Positions 1-11,893 of a stretch of 64,000 nt of DNA are shown in pieces. Each line of letters begins with the position of its first letter. The stretch's first letter is position 1. Under the pieces are notes generated by a model. That model did no database searches. It was given only the letters and a program-made list of their open reading frames with translations, and was not told the origin of the DNA. This stretch comes from Haliotis rufescens. Taxonomy: Eukaryota. The stretch spans positions 37,634,001-37,698,000 of the forward strand of contig NW_025964223.1 of assembly GCF_023055435.1 (NCBI RefSeq), read 5' to 3'. The position numbers were made by a program, and so were the translations under genes.

Positions 1-1465
1 ACTTTGGGCCAGCTATAGTACACACACAGGCACTGTACAGTATTGGGGACCAGCTATAGTACACATACAGGCACTGTACAGTACTAGGGGCCAGCTATAG
101 TACACACACACTGTACAGTATTAGGGACCAGCTCTAGTACACATAGAGACACTGTACAGTATTAGGGACCAGCTATAGTACACACACAGGCACTGTGCAG
201 TATTAGAGACCAGCTATAGTGCACATAGAGGCACTGTACAGTATTAGGGACCAGCTATAGTGCACATAGAGGCACTGTACAGTATTAGAGACCAGCTATA
301 GTACACACACAGGCGCTGTACAGTATTAGAGACCAGCTATAGTACACATAGAGGCACTGTACAGTACTGGGGACCAGCTATAGTGCACATAGAGGCACTG
401 TACAGTATTAGGGACCAGCTATAGTGCACACACAGGCACTGTACAGTATTAGGGACCAGCTATAGTGCACATAGAGGCACTGTACAGTATTAGGGACCAG
501 CTATAGTACACACACACACACTGTACAGTATTAGGGACCAGCTATAGTACACATAGAGGCACTGTACAATACTTTGGGCCAGCTATAGTGCACATTGAAG
601 CACTGTACAGTATTAGGGACCAGCTATAGTGCACATAGAGGCACTGTACAGTATTAGGGACCAGCTATAGTACACACACACACACTGTACAGTATTAGGG
701 ACCAGCTATAGTACACATAGAGGCACTGTACAATACTTTGGGCCAGCTATAGTGCACATAGAAGCACTGTACATTATTAGGGACCAGCTATAGTACACAC
801 ACAGGCACTGTACAGTACAAGGGACCAGCTATAGTACACACACAGACACTGTACAGTACTAGGGACCAGCTATAGTACACACACAGGCACTGTACAGTAT
901 TAGAGACCAGCTATAGTACACACACAGGCACTGTACAGTATTAGGGACAAGCTATAGTACACATAGAGGCACTGTACAGTATTAGAGACCAGCTATAGTA
1001 CACACACAGGCACTGTACAGTATTAGGGTCCAGCTATAGTACACACACAGGCACTGTACAGTATTAGAGACCAGCTATAGTACACATAGAGGCACTGTAC
1101 AGTACTAGGGGCCAGCTATAGTACACACACAGGCACTGTGCATTATTGAGGACCAGCTATAGTACACACACAGGCACTGTATAGTATTAGGGACCAGATA
1201 TAGTGCACACACAGGCACTGTACATTATTGAGGACCAGCTATAGTACACACACAGGCACTGTACAGTATTAGGGACAAGCTATAGTGCACACACAGGCAC
1301 TGTGCAATACTAGGGGCCAGCTAAAGTGCACATAGAGACACTGTACAGAACTAGGGGCCAGCTATAGTGCACATTCAGACACTGTACAGTACTGGGGACC
1401 AGCTATAGTACACATAGAGGCACTGTACAGTACTGGGGACCAGCTATAGTGCACCCACAGGCACT
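1..1465. repeat. ~41-bp tandem satellite (GGGACCAGCTATAGTACACACACAGGCACTGTACAGTATTA), truncated by the window start
   Basis: About 35 visible tandem copies with variable CA/TAGA core; each unit has the palindrome ACTGTACAGT. Confidence 0.95.
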
Positions 1466-1522
1466 TGTACCTGATCCTTTGAGGATGCAACTGTTTACTC
1501 AACATACAGACAATGACAGATG

Positions 1523-1757
1523 TACCGTATTCGACGTAATAAGCACCCATGGCGCTCTCAACATTAGAACTATGGGTCTCTTATTAGAATATAATTTTGG
1601 TGAGAAAAAATAGAGTTGAAAGATTGTCAATATTGTGGTTTATGCTGACAGCCTGGAACGATACAAAAGAAAAGTCTGTGCGTATTATACACGACAAATA
1701 TACTTTTTCAGAATTTAATTGCCCATAATTAAGGGTGCATATAACACACGAGTGCAC
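1523..1757 (-). mobile_element. Partial pogo/Tc2-like MITE (same family as 13596..13919)
   Basis: Begins TA-CCGTATTCGACGTAATAAGC; reverse-complement similarity to 13735..13921. Confidence 0.7.
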
Positions 1758-1835
1758 ATGTTGTTATGCAAGCATCGTGGCATACAGGTTCAGAAATAAT
1801 AAAGCAAACATGTCAAAGCATCATGACATGGTATC

Positions 1836-2965
1836 ATTGCAATCTTGGCCCCTCTTGGACAAAGTGGACAATTGTTAGAAATGTCGTATTCATTGTCAAC
1901 AGATGCAGTCCTGGCCCCTCTTGGACCAAGTGGACAATTGTTAGAAATGTCGTATTCATGGTCAACAGATGCAGTCCTGGCCCCTCTTGGACCAAGTGGA
2001 CAATTGTTAGAAATGTCGTATTCATTGTCAACAGATGCAGTCCTGGCCCCTCTTGGACCAAGTGGACAATTGTTAGAAATGTCGTATTCATTGTCAACAG
2101 ATGCAGTCCTGGCCCCTCTTGGACCAAGAGGACAATTGTTAGAAATGTCGTATTCATTGTCAACAGATGCAGTCCTGGCCCCTCTTGGACCAAGTGGACA
2201 ATTGTTAGAAATGTCGTATTCATTGTCAACAGATGCAGTCCTGGCCCCTCTTGGACCAAGTGGACAATTGTTAGAAATGTCGTATTCATGGTCAACAGAT
2301 GCAGTCCTGGCCCCTCTTGGACCAAGTGGACAATTGTTAGAAATGTCGTATTCATGGTCAACAGATGCAGTCCTGGCCCCTCTTGGACCAAGTGGACAAT
2401 TGTTAGAAATGTCGTATTCATTGTCAACAGATGCAGTCCTGGCCCCTCTTGGACCAAGTGGACAATTGTTAGAAATGTCGTATTCATTGTCAACAGATGC
2501 AATCCTGGCCCCTCTTGGACCAAGTGGACAATTGTTAGAAATGTCGTATTCATTGTCAACAGATGCAATCCTGGCCCCTCTTGGACAAAGTGGACAATTG
2601 TTAGAAATGTCGTATTCATTGTCAACAGATGCAGTCCTGGCCCCTCTTGGACCAAGTGGACAATTGTTAGAAATGTCGTATTCATGGTCAACAGATGCAG
2701 TCCTGGCCCCTCTTGGACCAAGTGGACAATTGTTAGAAATGTCGTATTCATTGTCAACAGATGCAGTCCTGGCCCCTCTTGGACCAAGTGGACAATTGTT
2801 AGAAATGTCGTATTCATTGTCAACAGATGCAATCCTGGCCCCTCTTGGACCAAGTGGACAATTGTTAGAAATGTCGTATTCATGGTCAACAGATGCAATC
2901 CTGGCCCGTCTTGGACCAAGTGGACAATTGTTAGAAATGTCGTATTCATGGTCAACAGATGCAGC
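1836..2965. repeat. 66-bp minisatellite, ~17 near-identical copies
   Basis: Period of 66 bp (10 units between 1861 and 2521); produces spurious 22-aa-repeat ORFs in several frames. Confidence 0.95.
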
Positions 2966-3439
2966 CCTGTGCAATTACATTTTTGTGCTAAGTAATAAAT
3001 TTTGCTTGAAGGTAGTTACAATCCATTTCCTACCCTATAAACCATCTTCTGATTCTTATGAAGTCACACAATTAACATGAACTGGCCCTTGCCTTCACAG
3101 CAGATTTCTCTGTTGAATGCTGATGTTTCTAACTTGGTGATGTTTATGGTAATGCTGTTCTTGTTATTTTATTATCTGCATCTCCTCTTTTCTTATGACA
3201 CTTTATTGCCAGGTTAATGCACCTTGGGTGAAGCTATGGTTCAATCATCGACGAATGTATTAATTTGCCACCCTATTACCAGCAACGTCCTTTAATTCAA
3301 CGTTGAAATTAGATAATGTGCAAAAGCTCGCGTAATAAATAAATCTCTAAAAGGAGTATCAAAACGTTTTCATCCTTGCCTACATCCAACTGTAATACTT
3401 TTGTGAGCTTTAGTTATTTTTCAACAAAGTCCCCTTGCA

Positions 3440-3765
3440 GGCCAGGACATTTATTCCATGTCAGTCATCGCCATGTTGCAGAAGGTGAAATCTTAGTCTG
3501 TAACCAGACCTCTACAGCAGCAACAAATTATTGGTCCTCATTAAATCTCCGACCACAAAAGTGTTTTACCCAAATCTGAAAACAGGTAGCAATCACAAGA
3601 GGTCAGATCTGGTGAATACGCTGCATGAAGTACAAGCCTGTCTCCACATTCCCATACTGCAACATGACTGGTGTTAACTCATGCAATCTTTTCAATAAGT
3701 TAGCATAACATGCGCCATTCATAGTCCTTCCCCATGGTAAATAATCAATGTGTATTACTGTCCTA
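3440..3765 (-). pseudogene. mariner transposase C-terminal relic
   Basis: Minus-strand translation gives VIHIDYLPWGRTMNGACYANLLKRL and HAAYSPDLTSCDCYLF (YSPDLAP-type motif) with stops and frameshifts. Confidence 0.75.
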
Positions 3766-3929
3766 AAGCTTAACGCAACATGTTAATACACAATGTGTAC
3801 ATTATACATTATCGAGCGATCGAACTCGCTCTATTCGACTTTCCGAAAAGTGTTGTTATCTCCCTTTGCAAAGAAAATTAGAGTGATGTCCCCTTTTCAC
3901 GTTCACTTCCGTCGAGTAAACCTTCAAAA

Positions 3930-6076
3930 TTGCGTGAATACCTACGGGAACGAAATCAAAAGGTGACTGGGATAAGAGCACAAGTTTTAGCGCGAGCAAG
4001 AGGGGCGAAGGCACTTCGTTTGGATGCAACCACCTTAGTACAACCAAGTAAAGGCGTTATATCCTTGCAACGGAAGCTCGTCACACCCAGCGGATATCGA
4101 ATGCCAGACCCCACTACATTAATGATTGGATGGAACGATGCTGTTGAATCATTGCCGGAATTCTCAGAGAAGGAAATCTACAATTATATGGTACTTAGCA
4201 ACCATAGGACTTCAGACACGAAACCCATGATGGCTAAACGACAAATGAAGGCAGTGGTGTTTTACCAAGATAGACATGTTCACGGCGTAGCTCTACACAA
4301 CATCCATCACAACTGTGACCATATGTTTGTCAGATGCCGTGTCATACCATCACTACCAACAGCGGATCCTAAGAAAAGCCCCGATCACGAAGTTTGGGCA
4401 AGTCTCTCAAAAGTTACAGGTCGTGTTCATTCAGCAAATTGTACTTGTGCAGCTGGGTATGTAGACTTTGCATTTATATAACTACAGTCGTGTCATCTAT
4501 ATCTAGATCGCTGTTTTTTTACAAACAAAACGTTTAAAAACCTTTTCAAAGAAAATATGTTCCAAATATTAAGTTTGATCAAAAGATTTGTAAATTATTA
4601 ATTCCAAATACCAGCAAAGTAATTGATACATTTTAAAATCTCTTCCTTTGTGGGACCTCTCATTCACTTTTGTTAATTTAAATAAATAAACAGATTATTG
4701 ATATTGTTGCTTATTAATATGTGACATCTTTAGCTGATTACATTAAAAATAATAATTATTTAGGGTGAAATAGAGGAAACATGACTGTGTCATTTTATAT
4801 GCATTTGATTGTTATTTCATAATATTAAAGCTAGAGTCCAAATAATATTAATAAATATAACTAATTTTGTTTTTGCAGTGCCGGGGAGGCTTGTAATCAT
4901 GTATCAGCCCTGCTTCATGCCCTTGCAGAAATTAGTCAGAAGAAAAAGGATGGTTTGCTTTCATGCACATCAGTTGAGTGCAAGTGGAAAATTCCCAGAA
5001 AAAGGAAGTTGGATCCAATGAAATCGGATGACTTGAACCTGATGTCAAGTGGCAGGAAGAGTCAACAAAAAGGTACTGGGACTACACAAGGTACTGTCGG
5101 AATACAGAATGGAACAATCAACAAAAGATCAATGTGTCCCAACAGCAACATGCCACAGACAACAATAAATCTCACAAGATTTAATAAGAAGTTAATTGGT
5201 CATGAAACAAAAAGTAAATGTGGATATGTTGTTAATACAACTACTGTTACTCAAGCTCCTGAACCTATGCCAGAACTTCCAAAAATACCATGCATTGATC
5301 GTTGTATTCCTGACTATGTTGATATTAAATCGCCAACCTGTCAAACTACCTTTCAAAATTATTTTGATTCCATGAAAGTGTCAGAAAAGGATGTGAGGTC
5401 AATAGAGAGAATGACAAGAGGACAACATAAAACAAAGTTTTGGAAGGAAGCCAGATTGGAAAGGATAACAAGTTCACAGTTTGGCAAAGTATTTATCCGA
5501 CAGACATCTACAGCTCCAGATAGACTTGTATGTGACCTAATGGGATATCGGGGCGAATTTGGTAACAGACATACCAGATGGGGACTTTCACATGAATCGG
5601 CAGCAAGGCGGCAGTATATCAACAAAATGGCAGGTCTTCATCCACAGTTGAAAGTGTCTCAGTGTGGACTAATTGTGAATACAGACTACCCTTACCTTGC
5701 AACTAGCCCTGATGGACTTGTGTCATGCACAGATTGTAGTACATGTAGTAATCAACATGGCTTAGTAGAGATTAAATGTCCATCTGTTTTCAGAGATCTA
5801 ACACCAGAAGAGGCTGCATCAAATACAAATTTCTTCTGCCATATTGTGGACAAAAATGTGACTCTAAAAGAAAACCATGCATACTACTTTCAAGTACAAG
5901 GACAGATGGCCTTGACCAAAAGAACTTGGTGTGATTTTGTGGTGTGGACTCTCAAAGGGATATCTATTGAAAGGATTACATTTGACGAGAACAAGTGGCA
6001 TCAGATGGTCACAAGGCTTCGCAGCTTCTATCTGTCAGCCATTATTCCTGAAAAATATACCCTACGTGTCCAGTGA
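3930..6076 (+). CDS. Transposon ORF2: SAP-like + SWIM zinc finger + YqaJ/lambda-type exonuclease; exons ~3930..4456 and 4879..6076
   Basis: GT-AG intron 4457..4878 joins CTCAAG|AGEACNHVSALL (SWIM CxC..CxH) in frame; nuclease motifs RITSSQFG, WGLSHE, SPDG, EIKCP, YYFQVQGQM; start codon uncertain (first in-frame ATG at 4101). Confidence 0.85.
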
Positions 6077-6483
6077 GGTGTTTCACTGTATTAGATTGAC
6101 CGTTGCACTACCATCTTACCAGTTGTTTTACCCTATGCTCACTCAGTCAATTCAATGTTTCACTCAATACCATATCATATCTTTCTTTGATAGTCATAGA
6201 TACTTACCATTCAATGGGTGAATTGTTACTTAACGCCGCATTCACGGCGACTGACCATTCAGATAGTATGTCGCTTAGACATAGGATATCTTCTTCTCCT
6301 TGTAATTTCTTGAACCATTCTATTAAGCCATAACATATAATAACATATTTTCTGTAACGTCTTGAAATGACAACATGGACAACATGATTTAAGAAAATCA
6401 TCAAGCTTTTATTTCTTTCATTTTTAGTTATTGTCACAAAAATTAGAACCATGGGACTATGATCCTGCTGTCACAGCTAAAAC

Positions 6484-8110
6484 ATGAAATTGTTTATGTT
6501 CTTATATGAAGATAAACTCACACTCATGAGTACACAAAAAGAACTTTTAGAACGCCAGCTTGTTTCCGTCAACGAATCAGTGAAACTGTTGGAAGATAAA
6601 ATTATCTCCAAAGCGGATCAACACTCTCAAAACATCATCAACACTGCTTGTCAAGCAGTCAAAGACAGAGAGCACAAGTCCACACATGAAAAATTCAACA
6701 CCAGATTTGTTAGCCTACAACAGGCGGCTATCAAATCTGACCCCTTCGCCGCCAAACTATACGTGCAAGGGACCCCGACCCAGAAACGGGCCAAATCTCC
6801 CAAGTTTCGCCCCTCGAGACAACCATCACGTGATCGAGCTCGTGGACTACGCAGACCACGACAGAACTTCCGCCCCGACAGGGGCAATCAAGGAAACAAT
6901 TCGCGGGACCTCAAACGGGCCCTAGAGCTGTTGTCGAAACACCTCAACTTCAACAACAACAGTTTGTGCAATAAACTTTCTAATCTGAATCTGAACAATA
7001 ACTCAGATAATAAAACTGGTGAATCTTATCATGACAACTTTGTTATCAATCTTTCCGATTATGACCTTAATCCATCTGAATTAGAGGTTCTTAACAAGGG
7101 ACTCACTTTTAGCCCCACCCCTAGATTTACTGACAAAAGTAAAACCTTTTCCGACCTGAAACAATTTTTCAGAAAATTATGTCTCACTCATTTTTTCCAT
7201 GATTCTTCCATTGATGGCACTTCACACCCGCTCCAAAACACACTGGATCACAAATTCGGTCCCAAAAGCACTTGGACCCCTAGACCTTATACCGACCCAA
7301 CACTAGAGTCGTTTATCAAAGCAGTCTCCAATGATTTTAACAAACTTGGTAATATAAAATTCACATCAGTCTGCTTGTTTACTCTGCTAGTTACTCTGTG
7401 TTCATTAGTCATCCACTGGCTTCCAATTAGCTTAATCACCTCTCTGTGTCCATCAACTAGTCACTGTAACAACTTAGATGTCAATAAGTGTATATATACC
7501 TATGTTGTTTAGCCCTATCCATCACTTGCTTGATAAAGGTGTTAGGATCTACACCGAAACGTCGCACTAATTGTAATAAAGAAGTTGTTCATCCATAGAA
7601 CTTGTCTTACTTCAGGACAGTACTACACTACCCACCCACCCACCAAACCGCAAATTAGCGGCAAGGTAGTCAACTTCGTAAATGAGAGTTGCAAAAGAGA
7701 AGGATGCAAAATCTGCAACTCCTTAGGTAAAACACATACGTTTCGCAGCTCGACATTAGGCAAAACATTCAAAATCCACAAGTTTGAATGTACAAGTAAA
7801 AACATAGTTTACTTGCTAACTTGTAACAAATGCAAGAAACAATACGTTTGAGAATCCAAAAGAGAATTTCAGACTAGACTGAAAGAACACTTTGCAGACA
7901 TCAGCTACAAGAGAGACAAACCTGTAGCTAATCACTTCAATAGTGATGATCACAGCACCAAAGATGTTAGATATAACATCATAGCACAGCTCAAGGAAAA
8001 CCCTGAGTCTACTGACACCACAGTTAAGAGGAGAGCACTTGAACTGAGGTGGATATTTGAGCTAAAAACGTTCCACCCGCACGGTCTCAATGACAGAATG
8101 GTTGGCTGAT
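6484..8110 (+). mobile_element. Penelope-like retroelement remnant: N-terminal ORF and GIY-YIG endonuclease, RT missing
   Basis: FVINLSDYDLNPSELEVLNKGLTFSPTP (PLE N-terminal motif); CKREGCKIC..CTSKNIVYLLTCNKCKKQYV*ESKR..RLKEH..PVANHFN..ELRWIFELKTFHPHGLN with one stop; true element ends not resolved. Confidence 0.85.
7527..7566 (+). ncRNA. Minimal type I hammerhead ribozyme motif (U3:A8 variant) in a Penelope pLTR-like insert (~7350..7612)
   Basis: TGC-TTGATAA-A-GGTGT-taggatct-ACACC-GAAAC-GTC-GCA: core, 5-bp stem II, palindromic ACGT stem III, short TGC/GCA stem I; AATAAA at ~7575. Confidence 0.7.
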
Positions 8111-8392
8111 TAATTTTCCCCCTTTGGTCAACTTGCTACTTATATGAAGAGTCAGGATTTTTATATCAATGCTTTGATTCAATAAGTAAAACAAAAATAG
8201 ACAACCAGTAGGTGGTCATGTCAATAGTCATATTGGACAAAAATAGACTTATTTGTCTAGACTTATTTGGCTCAATGTTTTCAATACAAAATTGTTATCA
8301 TGATACCATGATTATTAAGTTTAAATACAGCAGAAAATATCATGTGACCATTCACATCTGGAGCTGCAATAAGATTATGCTAATCCTACTAA

Positions 8393-10573
8393 TTACAGAG
8401 CAAGCAAGGAACTGTCATCAAAGAAGTAATTGTCATCAATTTCTTGGTCATGAGGATAAAGAGGGGGAAGCAGAGTAGTCAAAGCATTACAGATTTTCCA
8501 GATTTTGTTTACAGATTTTGAAATTGTAATTGTAATTATACCCTGCAAAATTCTGAAATTCTTGACACGTTCCATGTGCCTTTCAACATGGATTCTCAAG
8601 TTCGCTATTCTCCTAGTTTGTTCAATTTCTACAGCAGTCAGCTGTTTTCTCTTATGTTTCTTTGGTGGAATTATTAAGAGTATACCTCTTGGTGTTGTCA
8701 AGTCTGAGATTGTAAATCCCTTATCCGCCATGATTGCATCACCTACATCACACAAATCTAAAAGTCCTGATTCTACTGTTATTTGCCGGTCACTTATAGC
8801 TCCTGACCACAAGTCAGAGACAAAGCTAACAACACCATTTGGAGTGACACCAACAAGCGGTTTAAATGTTATGTGACTTTTATAATGACTGTACATTTGT
8901 GACTGTTTACCAATAGAGTAAGGTTTTTCTGTAAATAATTCTGTACAATCTATAACAACCCTTGTATTTGGATACAGATCTTTAAAACCTTGAGGCATAG
9001 TTGTATTAATAGTATCCATTGATGGCCAGACAACTAGGAAGGATAAACTGTTGTACAAAATATCAATCCATCTATTAATGATATCAGCACAGCAGCTTCT
9101 GGAAATATGAAATCGCTTTGATAAATCAACAACTAGGAGTCCAAGTCTAAGACGCATCAACACTAGAAAGAACTCGTCTATCAAAGACAAAGATTTAGGG
9201 CGTCCGATATTGGATGTTGGATAGTCCCTGTCATGAACCTCAGAAAACTCGTCAAATAAACATGAAAACTTTTCTGCATCCACAAGACCTGTATAATAGG
9301 TTACCAATTCTGAATCATTCTTCACATCAAAAAATGTTAAATCAGGAAGTTTGACTTGAGTGGCTTGATTGCGAAAGACTTTTTTATTTTCAGTCTCAGT
9401 CTGAGTCATTGCACAGGATGTTTTCACAGGATTTAAACACTGGAACATTACATCGTCAGTTTGAGTAGACATGCTTCTAACTTCCACCATTTCTGTTTGC
9501 GATGATCCATATCTTTTGCAACTGATGTCGTCTTCACACACAGCCTCACAGTAGTCATGCAGCATAATTGATGCAACGTCATAGGATCTGTCAAAATAAT
9601 AAATAGCTTTTCATCACATTAAATATATAGTTTTTTTCCGATATTTTGAGGTTAAAGGAATTAAAATTAATAAAAAATAAATTAACATAAATCTGTTAAT
9701 ACAAAAGCTAATATAAGAAGTGTATTATCAAGTTTATTGGTCAATGCTCTATTATATTTTATGCTCTCTATATATATTTTATGTTCTTTATATTTTATTG
9801 TTCTGTAAGTAAGAGAGACTACACCATGATTTTTATATTTTGTCTTGTTAAGCATAACTTCTCATAATAATCAACAAATTCAAAAAAGAGAAAAAACTTA
9901 TGTTCCCGCTGTACCTGGCACCTTGACTGAATGTTGTGGAATGATGTTCAATTTCATCAGACTGAGGAGTCCCTCCATGTACCTGCATAGTCACTTTGGG
10001 AGATTCAGGGTCACAGGCCTGCTTGAATGGGCTTTCATTTGGCTTCGAGGTATCAACAAAGTCAGCATCAGACACCTGCAACAAATTATCAACAGACACT
10101 GAGACATTTTTTTTCTATTTATTCAAACAAATAAGATGAAAGAGAGGATACATAAAATTTTAAGATCAACACAACTTGAAACGTTTTTGTTTGTTTTTTT
10201 CATTTCAAGTTTTAATCATAGCACTTTTTTCACAATCACATAACATTCACAAACGATAAAACACATTAAATACACCAACAATAGCATAAATCTTATAAGA
10301 ATCAACATAACTCACTGTGCAAGTACTGTAATTTTTCTTCGGAAAAATCGATGGAACATCATGCCCTATGCCTGGACCGTTACCACCCACGAAATGTTCT
10401 GAGCAAATTTCCGTGTGCTTGGTCACTGTGAGGTCTTTTCTCACTAACCGAAGTCGCCTTATCCACGCTTGTCGTAGGGACTTGCTTACTGGAATGACGT
10501 GTAGAGATACTATTCTTTCACCGACTATCTTTCCCCTAAAATTGCTACAAATACAGCAGTATTGCTTCCCCAT
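8393..10573 (-). CDS. THAP + HTH + DDE_Tnp_4 (ISL2EU/Harbinger-type) transposase; exons 10573..10316, 10075..9915, 9587..8393 (~537 aa)
   Basis: THAP motifs C..C, W, ICSEHF, VPSIF; catalytic VIDCTE, MADKGF, RIHVERHMERVKNFRIL; two GT-AG introns join in phase (258+161+1195 = 1614 nt) with no stop. Confidence 0.88.
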
Positions 10574-10857
10574 TTTGACAGCTTCGAAGCAGCGCGCTGT
10601 TTTCGACGGAAGTTGACAGTACTCGGCGGAAGTTCATTCAACCAATTGAAGAGTTCCAACTCAAGACGGATAACTCTCATTGAACTTGACTTTTCGGAAA
10701 GTCGAATACATGTATATATATATGTGTGACGTCAGACGGTGAGTGCACGAGGAATGACGTAATACATTGTGCACCTCGGCATGCAGTTATCATATACTAT
10801 ACACAGCGGAACAAGCCGATTTAACTCGGAATGTTTTACAAATTGCAGCGCCATCTG

Positions 10858-10975
10858 GCGTTCTTTATTGTCAACGTCCTTTCGTGCTCACTGACGCTCT
10901 TTATTGAAAACGTCCTTTCGTGCTCACTGTCGTTCTTTATTGAAAACGTCCTTTCGTGCTCACTGACGTTCTTTC
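10858..10975. repeat. 36-bp tandem repeat (~3.3 copies), probably subterminal repeats of a truncated IS3EU-like element ending AATGGCCGCCCATA
   Basis: GTTCTTTATTGAAAACGTCCTTTCGTGCTCACTGAC repeated. Confidence 0.7.
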
Positions 10976-11729
10976 GTACACATTGTTCTTTCTTTTCTTA
11001 TGACGTCTTTTCGTAACATTTGACTATTAATATTGTATTTTGACCTTTAGTAGTAACATTTAGTTCTTTATTCGTAATATTTGACCTTAATTGCGTACTT
11101 TTATCCTTTTTTTCAACTTTGTATTTTTTGACCGAATGGCCGCCCATTATGGTGGACGAGAGGGGACATCGCTTTCTCGCTCTATCGCTTTATCGCTTTA
11201 TCGCTTTCTCGCGGTTAAGCAGTATCCCCTCTTGACCACTACAGGGGCCGCATGTGATATCAGCTGCAATTGGGAGGTAATGTTGAACTTTTCCCACTAT
11301 TTACTTAAAACATAATTTAACTGTACAGACGTAGGTGATTTTAAAACAATCCACCGATTTTTGCGTAAAATGTAATTGATTTATTTATGGCCCTATTCAG
11401 TTGTATGTGACCATCTCGCCGAAAGCGCGTGGCAGATCATGGCCATACGCTCTAAATAAATCAGGTTAAAATCTAAATATATACTTTTCAAAAGAAGTTA
11501 AGAAGACTATGGTTAATTAGTCATGGCTGATTGTTTTGCAAAAATACAATCTTATAATTGTTGGTGTTCTATAACTTGTTTTCGGTAGTATATGATTTAC
11601 AGTGTGTCATAAGGTTGTCCGTAAATGTTCTTTTTGACATTTGATGTATGTTTAACTTGAATTGTGTTTCTTGTCTTGTGCAAATCTACAAATATATGTA
11701 CTTGCATATAGTAATTTGATAAACACCGC

Positions 11730-11893
11730 TGTGAGTGAGTGAGAATGGTTTCACGTCGCTTTTAACAATAATCCAGTTATATCATGGGTAACACCAGAAA
11801 TGGGCTTCACACATTGTACCCATGTGGGGAATCGAACTGGGTCTTCGGCTTGACGATCGAACGCTGTAACCACTAGGCTATCCCACTGCCCCC
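11730..11893 (-). mobile_element. tRNA-derived SINE (family A) inside the IS3EU-like element
   Basis: Box A TAGCCTAGTGG and box B GTTCGATTCC on the minus strand, (ACTC)n tail; homologous to 18417..18586. Confidence 0.8.

Larger units (their letters stand above)
3835..10705. mobile_element. ISL2EU-type (PIF/Harbinger-related) DNA transposon, ~6.9 kb including nested Penelope remnant
   Basis: Perfect inverted repeat TATTCGACTTTCCGAAAAGT (3832..3851) / ACTTTTCGGAAAGTCGAATA (10689..10708), read as a 17-bp TIR plus AT TSD (or 18-bp TIR plus TA); encloses THAP-DDE transposase and SWIM-YqaJ genes. Confidence 0.9.

Noticed and set aside
1-2965. CRISPR-like regular arrays
   Set aside because: Units are head-to-tail with no unique spacers; no cas genes; eukaryotic context
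1766-3080. Four 370-410 aa ORFs on both strands
   Set aside because: Artefact of a 66-bp (multiple-of-3) tandem unit that lacks stops in those frames
8140-8165. ATGAAGAGTCAGG as a hammerhead half-core after the GIY-YIG ORF
   Set aside because: No closing stem II or GAAA follows
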